From Lama guanicoe (taxonomy: Eukaryota): a stretch of DNA of 64,000 nt. Shown here in pieces: positions 52,860-64,000 of the stretch. The stretch spans positions 1,516,307 through 1,580,306 of the forward strand of contig MU055864.1 of NCBI GenBank assembly GCA_013239625.1. Reading direction: 5' to 3'. A model generated the notes under the pieces. The model was given only the letters and a program-made list of their open reading frames with translations, made no database searches and was not told the origin of the DNA. The translations under genes were made by a program, and so were the position numbers. The first letter of the stretch is position 1; the number at the start of each line of letters is the position of its first letter.

Positions 52860-53560
52860 TCTGGGAAGATCCCAGGGGCAGTGAGTTAATGGATTGCACG
52901 GTGGACAAGGTTAGAGGTGGGGGGACTGTGCCGGTCAGGCAAGAGGTGACGAGTCCTTAACCAGGGCAGGTGGAAACGGGAAGGAGGGTGGGGAGCAGCT
53001 TCGAGGTACTGAGGGGAAAGAAGAGATGATGTAGAGTGGCTTCCAGGCTCCAGTCTGATGCAGGCGTGCACAGCACAGCAGAGCAGAGCGCGGCCGTGAC
53101 AGGTCCTAGTGGCGGGTCTGCCTGTCTCAGTGTCAGGGGTCTCTGGGATGTCAGGACGGGAAACGGCTGTAATCAGCAGATGATGTGGGTCTGGGGATCT
53201 TGGGAGTTATCATTGTGAAGATGGTGTTTGTAGCCATGACATTGTTGAAAGCCTAGGTCATACTTGGAGAACATAACCTTTCAAGAGAAGACAAACAACC
53301 GAGAAGGGCTCACCAGGGCACGCTGGGAGACGACCAGGGAGAGAGGGGCTCGTGGAAATGAAGACGGCGAGCCTTTGACACGTGCCACAGTGCCAGAGGG
53401 TCTGGCAGCTACAAAGGCAGGAGCGGTTCCTCCACCATCATCAAAGGCAGGAGTGAGACTGAAGGAAGCTGAAGATTAAACAAGAGCTGGGAGATGACAC
53501 GTGCTCTTTCTAGAAGCTTGGTCATGAAAAGCAGCAGTAATAATTGAGGACATGTAGCAT
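52860..53560 (-). mobile_element. degenerate L2 fragments
   Basis: Purine-rich L2-like motifs such as gagttatcattgtgaagatggtgtttgtagccatg and tttctagaagcttggtcatgaaa. Confidence 0.45.
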
Positions 53561-54285
53561 TAAAGGACACTAGCCTGTATGTTTACTTCTTGTAATGTAA
53601 GGTGCTTAAATATAAACAGAAATGAGCAGATTGGGGACTAGTTACCACAGAGACAGGAAGGAAAGAACTAATTGATGGATGAAGATCCCAGCGGAGGCAG
53701 GCGGGGCTGTGTTCCAGAACAGATGGACGGGTCAGTCTCTGACAAGAGAGGAACACCTGCTGGGTAGATGGATGGAAACACAGAAGCTGTGTGGACAGGA
53801 TGGGGAGTAGAGAAGGACTCGCACCTCATCGTTCTGTCTTCTCTGTGCGGCAGGAGGAAGGAGGTCTGCGGCAGGCGCAGGGCCAGGTTCCCAGCTCGTG
53901 GAGAGTGGGGAGCAGGGGAGTAACCGTGGGAGGGACCTCAGTGTTTATGGAGAGTGTGGAACACTGGGAACAGCTTCCCACCCTCTTCTCCCATTGACAC
54001 TGCATGGAACTGTGTAGGGTGTGTGTTTATATGAATGGCCACATGCGTGCACATGGGTCTACAATTTGCCTAGTAATTCTGTTCATCAAGAAAATTGCTG
54101 CATTTACGGCCAATAGTTACATCTTGTCCATAATAGCGTCCCAGTGGTAACTGGTCTCTGTAATGAAACTATGAATTACTTAAGGTTACTGATTTAGCAT
54201 AATATTTTGACTGAATTTTATTATATCCAAATTATTTAAAAACAGTAATCTACTTCTGATCTTGCTGTCTATCCACATGTACCAG

Positions 54286-54288
<3 letters not shown>

Positions 54289-54334
<46 letters not shown>
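54289..54334. repeat. (CA)23 microsatellite
   Basis: Perfect CA run. Confidence 0.97.
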
Positions 54335-54336
<2 letters not shown>

Positions 54337-54746
54337 GGGTGGGGTGGGGGGAGAACTCAGAGTTGATCAGAATGTTTACTTAACCAGAAAGTCTCATTTC
54401 TTAACCATGTCTGGCATTTACAAGGGTTTGTTTAGTGTTGTAAGATGTCACTGTCTTGTCTAATTTACATGTTCGGCAGCTGTGTTTCTGCATTTCTTAC
54501 CTTAGCTGTGTGTCCTGGCCACCCCAGGGGAGGGGGGCTCCCCGAGACTGGCCGGGCTCGTGGTCAGGGCTGTCCTGGCTGCGTGGTGCTGACTCTACCC
54601 GCAGGATTCCAATGCCAGCTCTCACTAACCAGAACAAAGATAAATTTGGTTTTTGTCTCCTTGTGTCGGTGACAGTTTTGGGGGATTTGATTTTAATTTT
54701 ATTTCTCGATATTCAGACTAACGCGGCCCTCCTCTCCTGCCCGCAG

Positions 54747-54873
54747 GAAGCGGCTCTGGAGGCCCACCTGGTCCCGGTCCTGCATGCGCTCTGGCCTTGG
54801 CTCCTGATGGACGATTCACTGATGCAGATCGCCCTGCAGCTGCTTTGTGTCTACACTGCAAATTTTCCAAGCG
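54747..54873 (+). CDS. RTTN: rotatin coding exon (~44), 127 nt, phase 0/1
   Basis: gactaac branch-like motif at 54716-54722; cccgcag|GAA...AGCG|gtaaat; [42 protein letters not shown]. Confidence 0.95.
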
Positions 54874-55999
54874 GTAAATGGGACCCAAAGCTGCCTTTCT
54901 GTGATGTCCTGAAATAGTAGTTTTATGAAAGGTTGTTAAAGTGGAAAAACAAAATATATACTTTGAAGCATGATACTTATGTGGGGGTATGTTGGTTAGA
55001 CGCATGCTTTCCGGTAGATATTATAAGGACAGACAGACCTTTTAGGATATAGTTTGTTGAGATGAGAGGAGTCAGACAGCTCAGGGGACAGAGAGAGAAA
55101 CTGGCCTGATTGCGTGGTAGTGAAACATTGAATTTAATATGAAAATTGAGACTGAAAATAATGACGGAAGACCTTGAAAACTAGGTAAAGGTTGAAACTT
55201 CTGTGGATTCTACAACAGGAGGCTGGCGTGTGATGAAAGGTAGTTCTGGATACAGGTGGTTTGGTGACATCATTTTCATGCCTCTTTCATTCATTCATTT
55301 GACACACATTTTACTGAGAGCTTCCCACGGGCCCTGCATCGTCAAAGCCCGACAACTGACAGTGAGCAGAGACAAGGGCAGAGTGACTTGGGCCGAGAGG
55401 AGAGGGCGTGGAACAGCTGAGTGGAGGGAGGGCAAGCCCGCTGGGGAGGTGAGGCAGTAGTAACTTTGTGTGGAAACTTCAGGTGTACAATTAAGGTTAG
55501 TCAGCAGGTCTGCATGCTTTCTTCTAGCGACGTTCAGCAGCTCTGCAGCTGGGGTCTCCGAATATGAAGAGACACGCAGTGGGAGGACTGGGACCGGATG
55601 GCCTGTTCCTCCAAGGTCTGACAGCGGCCTCCGCGCCCAGCTGTCGGTTTCGTGGCCCAGGCAGCTGGGCTGTGGCCGCACCTGCCGCGAGCAGACCCTC
55701 AGGCTCCTAGTCCTGAGCCTGCCGTGTGGTGTGTGGGGAGGGCGGCGGGGCAGGGCCGGCATCCTTGCCGTGCTCACCTTCCCGTCCTGTCCGCTGCTCG
55801 GCCGCCCGGCTCTCCGCCTCGTACAGCGGCCACGCACCTGGCTCTCAAATGTGGCCTCTGCTCCTTGTCCTCCCTCACCCCTCCTTCACTCCCTAGTGCA
55901 GGGGTGGGAGGTGAGGAGGAGAGGAATGTTCTGCAAAATACTGAGCGAAAGAAACACGTACTTCAGTATAAACCTTTTGAAAACCAATTGACACCACTG

Positions 56000-56065
56000 C
56001 TGGCACTTGCTGCTTATGAGCTGTGTGACCTTGACCAAGTTACTGACGTCTCTGAGCCCAGAAAC
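56000..56065 (+). mobile_element. MIR core fragment
   Basis: cttatgagctgtgtgaccttgaccaagttactgacgtctctgagccc. Confidence 0.7.
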
Positions 56066-56366
56066 ATCATCTAGCATACATAGCTGGTAGCATTTGTCCT
56101 GTCCCTCCACCCCAGGATTATTGCTCTCCTCATTTGTTTTTCTTCTGTAAAAGGGAGCCATTAGCCCATGGTGTGTCTAACTGCTCTCCTGAGATCATTA
56201 GGCCCTCAGTCCATGAGATCGAATGCAGATACCATCACTTGCCTTTGGTGGTGCTGCAGTTCACAGGTTAATGGCCAGGGTGTCTGATAGACAGACATGC
56301 TTTATCACTCGGGTTGTTTAAACCATGAAGCTGAGAAAACGTTGTGATGGATTGTTGTTTTTGAAG

Positions 56367-56569
56367 GCTGCAGCTCTCTCTGTTGGTCCAGTTATGGACA
56401 ACATCCTGCTCAAGCTGCACATCGAGGAGCCGCCGGCAGCTCCCTGATGCTGTGTATCCTGAAGCTGGCTTCCCAGGTGCCTCTGGAGAACGCTGCAGTC
56501 CAGCAGATGGTTTTCATGTTTCTTTCAAACCTGGCCTTGTCTCATGACTGTAAAGGGGTGATTCAAAAA
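56367..56569 (+). CDS. RTTN: rotatin coding exon (~45), 203 nt, phase 1/0
   Basis: ttttgaag|GC...CAAAAA|gtgagt; (G)[67 protein letters not shown]. Confidence 0.95.
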
Positions 56570-59190
56570 GTGAGTACCTGAATTCTCCTTCCTGTCATAA
56601 AAAACAGACTCAGTAGAATAACCCTTCCAACTGAGGGCATGGGTGAAGAGTCCAGAACTCAGTTTCTAGGATTAATGTATTATGATCTCAAGGCCTTTTT
56701 ATTTTAAAGGATTGGGAGGTTCACCTTGTTTAAAACCAGTTAATAGATGATACATGAAAAGTGACAGAAACTAGAATATGATCATACTGTTTCCTTTTAG
56801 TTTATCTTCTTAGCTTTTGGATTGTGTTTTCTCTTTCAAAAATGACAGAAAGACAGCTGTCTTACATTTATTTGTGATCATAAAACTAATATATTGGTCT
56901 TCAAGCAGACGAATTGAGCAGTAACGATTTCAGTTCAATTTACACTGTCAAGTGGGTTATGCAATCACAGCCCCCTTTCCCCCAGTCAGCCCTGACTTCT
57001 TGATGACATAGGTGATTCTTTCAGTCTTCTGGGACCCCCATGCCAGAACTGGACTTTTTATTGTTGGTCTTAACTGAGGGCACTTTAAAAAGGATTGAAT
57101 AATTTAAACAAAATCTAGTACGCATGTTCGGTTAGACTATGTATAAACAGAATCCCTCATTTGTAACAGCCCTTAAAATACGAGTATGATCAGATCATCT
57201 GTTACTTACTAGCACATAGTGATTTGAGTGCTGCTGTTCCATTTACATGAAGGCCAAGATAAATTACAAAAGTTGAAACCATTCATAAGAATTGAGTCTC
57301 CTTTTTCTCTACTATGTCATCCCTCCAACCCCACTCTCCCCAAAAATCCCCACCCTTTGAGTCCAGTTTCTAAATACGCAGCAGTCATTAAAGAAAGGTC
57401 CTTTTCAGTGGTATGCTGGAGGGAACTCATGTTGGCTCCTGAGTGTTGTTGCTAATTTTCAGGAATTTTGCCAGCCAGCTGACATGATGGGGGCGTCCTG
57501 AAATCAGCCTTGGTGAGGGTATTCACACGGTGCAGAATGGCAGAAGGTGCAAACAGGGACCCACTGCTCTCACCTCAGCAGTTTATTCAGCAGCACGTGG
57601 CTGGGTATTTGCTCCGTGTGTCGGGGGGTGTGTATAAAGTCATTCTGAACTGGATGTTTGTGGGTACCGTCTTTCCACACATGTGGGAGCACAGACTGCT
57701 TTCTGCCGCTCTCTTACAGAGAGCACCTTGGTAAGAAGCAAAATAGGAACTCCCAAATGGAATATGAGCGCTAACCTTGGATCTGATGTGTGACTGAGCT
57801 GGACGCTTATTCTCTTTAACACTGAGTTACACCTCCCATAACTCATCTCAAGTTATTCGAGAATGTAGCTAATGCCGTTATACAGCTAAGATTCTAAAAT
57901 ATTTGTTTTCTCTCTACCATAGCATGTTTCTTTGCATCCTCCCTGGTGTAGGAAATTGTCTGAAAGCATCTTTAGGCCCAGCAAAAAGCATGAAAGCCCA
58001 TAGCATATTTACAGTTTAAAGCACTGCCATGTATTTGTTACTGTTGTCAGCCCCAGATCTCCAAGACCGTGGCAGAATGTAGCTGAATGGGGAAGGAACG
58101 TGATGACTCTAGAAAGCATTAATTTGGGCTGAGAGGGGAGGCAGGAGTGAGTGGTGGCGACGGCAGCGGGATGCAGTTTACAGTTTACTTGTCACTTGGG
58201 TGGTGCTGCTAATATTCTGTAGCTCATTTCATTCTTACACTCAGAGTCCTTAAAAGTAAAAGTGTTTAATGTGTTTTGTAGATTCAAGCCAAAGTCTTGA
58301 TTTAGGTGTAAGGGAACCCAAGAAATAAGCCAGAGTAGATTGTTAGACAAGGAGAAAGATGAGATAGATGTTCTGGACAGTTGTGAAAGCCAGGTGATCA
58401 TATTTCTGCGCCCTGGTCCAAATGCCCATCTAACTGTGGTCCCCATACTGTCCTGGGCGGCTTCTTGATACAATACTGTATGCTTTTTTTCCTTTTTTGC
58501 ATGTAGCTTATTCTAGACGATAGGTTATTGTCTTTCATGTAGTGAGGGGTTTGGTGTGGTTTTTTTGAGTGGGGTTTTATTTGGAGGCTGTAATGACTCT
58601 TACAGTTTAAGTAATGGCACTTGCTCATCTGTAAGTTTACTGGAATGACACTTAGCAGTGACAAATCATCCGTAATGATAAATAGCTGGGGTAAAGTGAG
58701 TATCATATGTACCCATAGATTTTTTTTTAAACACTTACAGCTATAAAGATTCAGATATCCTCGGCACGACCGACATTGTTAACCGGTGTCCAAGACTGAT
58801 CTGGGTTTTGTTTCTTTCTCCCCCATCAGGATAGCTTTTAATGAGTAGCAAAATTGCCAGAAGGGAAACAGAAAGAGGAAACTCAAGAAGCCTGAAGTAA
58901 TTCCCAAACGGAGTTATCAATCCTAAATAATCAAGAGTTGACTATAGTTACTTTGTCCATCATCAGGAAAGAATTAGTAAGAATTAAAACTTGAGCACTA
59001 TTTTGTGCTTCTTAACTTTTTCACATATACCCGGAAACAGTGTGGATGGAGTATTTAGAAGGCGTTGGGAGGAAGGAGGAATTAAAGTTGGGAACAAGAG
59101 GAGCAGAGTGTGAGTTAATTGGTCTCAAAGGGACTAGGAAAATAATGGAAGACTCAAGAAGAAAATAACGTTCTCTCTGTTTGTCCACAG

Positions 59191-59458
59191 AATAACTTCT
59201 TACAGAACTTTCTCTCTCTCACATTGCCAAAGGGAGGAAGTAAACATCTCAGCAATCTGACCGTTCTCTGGTTGAAGTTACTCCTGAATATGTCATTTGG
59301 AGAAGATGGGCAGCAAATGATCCTGAGGCTGGACGGCTGTTTGGACTTACTGACGGAGATGAGCAGATACAAGCATAAGAGCAGCCCTTACGTGCCTCTT
59401 CTGATTTTTCATAACATTTGCTTCAGTCCTGCGAATAAGCCCAAGATCCTGGCTAATG
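59191..59458 (+). CDS. RTTN: rotatin coding exon (~46), 268 nt, phase 0/1
   Basis: gtccacag|AAT...AATG|gtcagt; [57 protein letters not shown]...[12 protein letters not shown]. Confidence 0.97.
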
Positions 59459-59779
59459 GTCAGTATTCACACTGTACACCACACGGACATGTGCATCCAT
59501 TTATATATGTGGGTCCATTTAGATGAAAACACAAAGTAGTTTTACAGGTAATTTTCCAGGTGTTTCTTGAGCACTCACCACATGCGAGGCCCTGTGGGAG
59601 GCAGAGGCTGTAGGAAGGAATCGGGCGTGACCCACCCCCTGGGGAACTGCCGAGGGTCTCTAAGCATTAACAGGTCACCTCACTGAGGGACACGCTGGAC
59701 CCAGGAGGTAGCGCAGAGGGGGCCCCCTCACTCCCTGTCTCTCCCTGCTGGCCCCAGAGTCCTGCATCTCGAAGTAAAC

Positions 59780-60034
59780 TCCTTGTCAGTGGAGCCTTTC
59801 CAGACCAACCCATCCAAGTTGTGACCCCCACGCCCTTCATCCTGCCTCCGCCCACGCTGTCTCCCTTCTTGGATGCACTGTGTGTGCTCGGTGTGTACCT
59901 GTGTGCTGCTGGTCTGCCCACACGAGCACACAGGCTCTTACAGGGCAGGAGGTTTGTCTCTCCTGTTCATGTTTATCCGCAGCAGCTAGGACCGCGCCCG
60001 TCCCTAGTGAGCACCCAGCGATGCTGGTGGCTGA
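59780..60034 (+). mobile_element. L2a 3' end, GC-shifted
   Basis: agcctttccagacca...cagggcaggaggtttgtctctcctgttcatgtttatccgcagcagctaggac. Confidence 0.65.
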
Positions 60035-61537
60035 GAGGCCCTGAGCAGGCAGGAGAGTTCAGACCCAAGACCGCAGGGCACTTCGTGCTCTGAGACACAG
60101 GACAGATGGAGGCGAGGACTGGTGAGGATTCAGAAGATTCTGAAATAGAAAGAGAGGAATAGAAAGATCTGTTTCTGCAGCCACGTGCTGCTTCTGTGAG
60201 GAGTGTGTGAATTTTATAGGGAGAGAGTTTTATAAGGAGACATTGTGTTACCATGAAAAAAAAAGATGTGGGCTCTAATCCCCCACGTGCTTGGTGCTGG
60301 CTTCCAAGGCCGTGTGCTCACTCCAGCATCACCCGGGGCAGCTCCTCTGGTCCAGTTTCTTCATCTTTAAAATAGTCCCTCCTTTTCTTGATTTTGGTAG
60401 AAGTCAGTTTATGAACTTAAAGGGCCCAGCACTGTTTAGGTCCATGGTAGATGCTCCAGATATGTTACTTCTCTGTTTCTTTCACTTTTTTTTACTTAAT
60501 CTTTTCTTAGAGATGTTTTTCTATGAAGCAGAGCTTTCCAGGTGAATGGAGAGGACCCCATATACATTCTTTTGTGTGCAGTCATGTTTCTGTTTTTCTG
60601 GTAACAGTGATTGAATTGCTGGGAATGCAGGGAAGGGTTTTAGGAAGTGTAAATAGGATCATTTAAACAGCATTTTTGTTTTAATTATGGAATCTTTCAT
60701 CCAACTAGTGTTTATTGAGCCCCTACAATAAACTTGCACTGTGGTTGGAACATTCACCCGTGAACAGGAACACAGGCTCTGCCCTCAACTGGGTTACGGT
60801 TTAATTCGGTGCGTTCACCAGGCGTGAGGGGTGGTCACTGCTTACAGAGACGGTTCCCGGTAACAAGTGTTGCACCCTTAAAATCACACATTTTAGAGGG
60901 AAATTTGATAGAATTTGGTGATGCGTACAGTTAAGTAATAAAATAGGTTCACGTACTGTTCTGAAACCCCCAGCCTCCCGGACAGCCTCCCTGGGGCTAG
61001 CCTTCTCTGCTTCTTTAAAACGAGCCGGCTGCTGCAGGTGATCTGCAAGTCTTGATTTCATACTCCGGCTGGCTTTGCAGAACTGGGGGCATATCTTGTG
61101 TCTTGTTCTGCCTTTTTCTTCACACACACATACACATTCCTTTAAAATGTTTAGTCCTTTCTTAAAAGGCTTACCTAATACAATATTTCTTGATTATTGT
61201 TTTATAGTATAACCCATGCTACCGATATGTTTGTACACGAGTCTTCATAATTTATCATAAGAGCAAATCCGATTTTCCTGCACGTGAAAATGTGCGCTAT
61301 AATTGAACGGCTCATTAATATAACTCATTGTGTAATTGCTTGTTTCTGCACTATTGTTGTCTTTAAATGAATGTGCCTTTGTTGAATTAGGGCCCAAAAA
61401 ATTAAGCAGCCATGGCTTCCCTGAGGGTTCTATGCCTGTTGTGAAAACGATTTGTTTCAAGGTTGTCCTCCCACGCACCACATGGTATTAAAGATTGTTT
61501 TTGCCAACCTTATGTGTGTGTTCTGATGGGTATCTAA

Positions 61538-61720
<183 letters not shown>

Positions 61721-62764
61721 TAAAATTGTTGTCATCCCTGGGGGCAAACACCAAACTTCTCGGGACGTCAGAGGAGTATCGGCAAGGAAGGACCCAAGTC
61801 ACAGACCCATGTTGCCTTTGTGCCTTCGTACAACTAGTAAACCATCAGTTGAAATCTTTCATTTAATCATTTCAGTAGGACATGTCTCAGTTCAGAAGAG
61901 TGTCTCTCTTTTGAGTGAATTTTCCCTGCTTAATATAACTTGATTTGCCACATTAGTGCAATGTTAGCATAGGTTGTTGCTTCTAAAAGATATGTCAAGG
62001 AAACACGCAGTTTGAAACCAAACTGAAGTTTTATCCAGTTGTGGGGCCCCCTTTTTCTCGTCCGTGCCACCGCTGAGATTTGAAGTCAGCTCAGTTCTAG
62101 GTCAGCTGCCCCACCGGGTTGGCCTGGGATGCCGGCCGGCAGGGAGACGTGCACCTGCTCTTTCTCTGGCCCCTGGTCTTCTCCCTCATTGCAGACATCT
62201 CACTGTGGGGAGAATGCCTGTGTGCACCCGGTGATTAGACAGCGGCCAAGTGACAGTTCTAAGAGAGACGGCCACCCCTGAGTAGTGCTCACCCAGCTGA
62301 CTGTGCCCGGTCTGTGCTGTGCTCTGCCACCGCCCCTGGCTTGGAGATCAACGCTGTGTGCTGGCCGGAGGGCGCCTCAGTGACAGTCAGGGAGGGGACT
62401 ACTGAGGACTAGTTTTGCTCTCCCACTGCCCTTGTTTCTGGCACCAGGGGCCCCCAGCTTGCACTGCTAGTAGTGTGTTGTTAACATGTTGATCTGTCAG
62501 TTCAGGTATGTCGTACACGGTATTTGTGGCCTTGGCTGACACAAAGCTGTTCTGTGAAGTTAGCTTATTAACAAATTTGACTTAGTGATCAAACTGCAGT
62601 ACTTTGTGCATTCTGAATTTTAACAGTTTTTTCTATTATGCATTGTATCAAGTTTGTCACTGTGTGAGTGGAAATTAAACTTTATGTAGTTTTTGTATGT
62701 TGTCCTATTTCTTCAAATAAATCTCCCCTATAAATCAGGAAAAAAAAAAAAAAAGCTCCTGTTG

Positions 62765-62850
62765 CGTCTTCTCCTGTATCCCCAGGGCTTAGCACAGGAT
62801 TTGGCATTTTGGAGTCACTCAGTAAATACTTGTTGGACAACTGACAGACT
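62765..62850 (+). mobile_element. L2 3' end fragment
   Basis: ctgtatccccagggcttagcacagga...cactcagtaaatacttgttgga. Confidence 0.7.
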
Positions 62851-63193
62851 GACAATATTGGATATCTTTGGTCTGAAATCTGAGATTGGAGGAAGTAATG
62901 AAATACTGAAACTGAGATTGCAAAATTTAAAATAGCAAATAGAGATTAGGGGAGAAGGGGTGAAGGGGAGGGAAGAAAGAACACGGGACAGCAGAGGAAG
63001 AATCAAGTTGGATGGGAAGGGTGCAGGCGATGGTGGGGGTCGTAGAGTCTCATTCTGTGGCGACACTGTTCTGTCGTATAGTGTCCTGCTCGATGCCGTG
63101 GTCAACGGGCAGGATACAGCAGTACTGCGCTATCCTGATGCTTAAACGCCTGGGAAGAAATCTAATTAGTGGATTGTTCTGTATTATCTCTAG

Positions 63194-63263
63194 GCAAAAA
63201 CAACTTTGAAAAATCCATCAATAAAAAGAAGAGTGGATGAAGCATATTCCATAGCAAAGAAAA
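63194..63263 (+). CDS. RTTN: rotatin coding exon (~48, penultimate), 70 nt, phase 0/1
   Basis: tctctag|GCA...AAAA|gtaagt; AKTTLKNPSIKRRVDEAYSIAKK. Confidence 0.95.
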
Positions 63264-64000
63264 GTAAGTTTTATGATTAAATAGATTATAGTTAAACTTG
63301 GAAGCTGTTCACCGAATTCTCTGATGACTGAAGTATCTGGACAGTTCACAGCAAGATGGCAGCGTCCTACACTGACGTTTTCACACTGACGTTTGAGGAG
63401 CCTTTTTGCCGAAGCGTTGTAAAACATGCCACCGTGTGGTCCATGTTTTCACTGTAACATTTTTTAAATAATAAAACGTTCTAATAGATGCAGGTTGGAG
63501 ATACTGCAGTTTCTTAAAACATGTCAGTGATCTTTCTCCAAGTCATTTTTCTCTTATACAAGGTTTCCTTTGCCAGTGGCTACCACTGTGCTAAAGTGTG
63601 ATCTGAGGTGGTAAGAACTGGGCCCAATTAGAACTGACCTTAAACGAGAAACTTTGATCTAACATCGGGGATTTGAAATACACAGTCCTCCAAGAGTAGA
63701 TCCCATTGACCCTGCGTCCACTCGGCCCTGTGATGTGGCCAAGATATGAGGCAGGGTTCTCTTTTCAGAGTGCATTTTTCATTTTAAGTGAGACCAGTTT
63801 TCAGTGAGCATTATTCTCTGAACATGTTTTATACTAACACACTGAACTGTGTCTTTCCTGTACTGTTCCTTACCTGTTGGTTTTTAATTTGTTTTTTCAG
63901 TCTGATTTTTCGTAAGTGGTTTGGTTGTGGGGTTTGGGGGTTTTATTTTGGGTTTGTTTCTAGCTGTGACCATGAGTTTCTGGAGGTAGTGAATAACAGT

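Noticed and set aside
55295-56074. 140-180 aa overlapping ORFs
   Set aside because: Arg/Pro/Gly-rich translations expected from a GC-rich patch and L2/MIR remnants.
63220-63225. AATAAA inside coding exon ~48
   Set aside because: It arises from codons TCA ATA AAA and lies just upstream of a consensus donor, where U1 should suppress cleavage.

Overview
Mammalian genomic DNA, almost certainly camelid (Camelus, Vicugna or Lama), because it carries three copies of the camelid tRNA-Ala-derived vic-1 SINE. The whole window lies inside one + strand gene, RTTN (rotatin, a centriolar ARM-repeat protein). I traced 22 consecutive coding exons from 5237 to 63263. All have AG/GT boundaries and compatible phases, total 3070 nt, and give one uninterrupted frame covering the C-terminal half of rotatin (about human exons 27-48; numbering and human comparisons are from memory). 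The upstream exons and the last exon lie outside the window. Introns hold ordinary L1, L2, MIR, MLT1, MER5/MER58/MER2 remnants and microsatellites, plus one 144-N gap. I found no convincing new gene or biological system. The best leads are regulatory or evolutionary: an inverted vic-1 pair bracketing an in-frame two-exon cassette (candidate camelid-specific circRNA or skipping), a triple CAG-TAG-CAG acceptor, a vic-1 copy with a nearly intact tRNA-Ala cloverleaf, and old repeats locally shifted from AT to GC. Boundaries and subfamilies of old repeats are approximate, recognised by eye.
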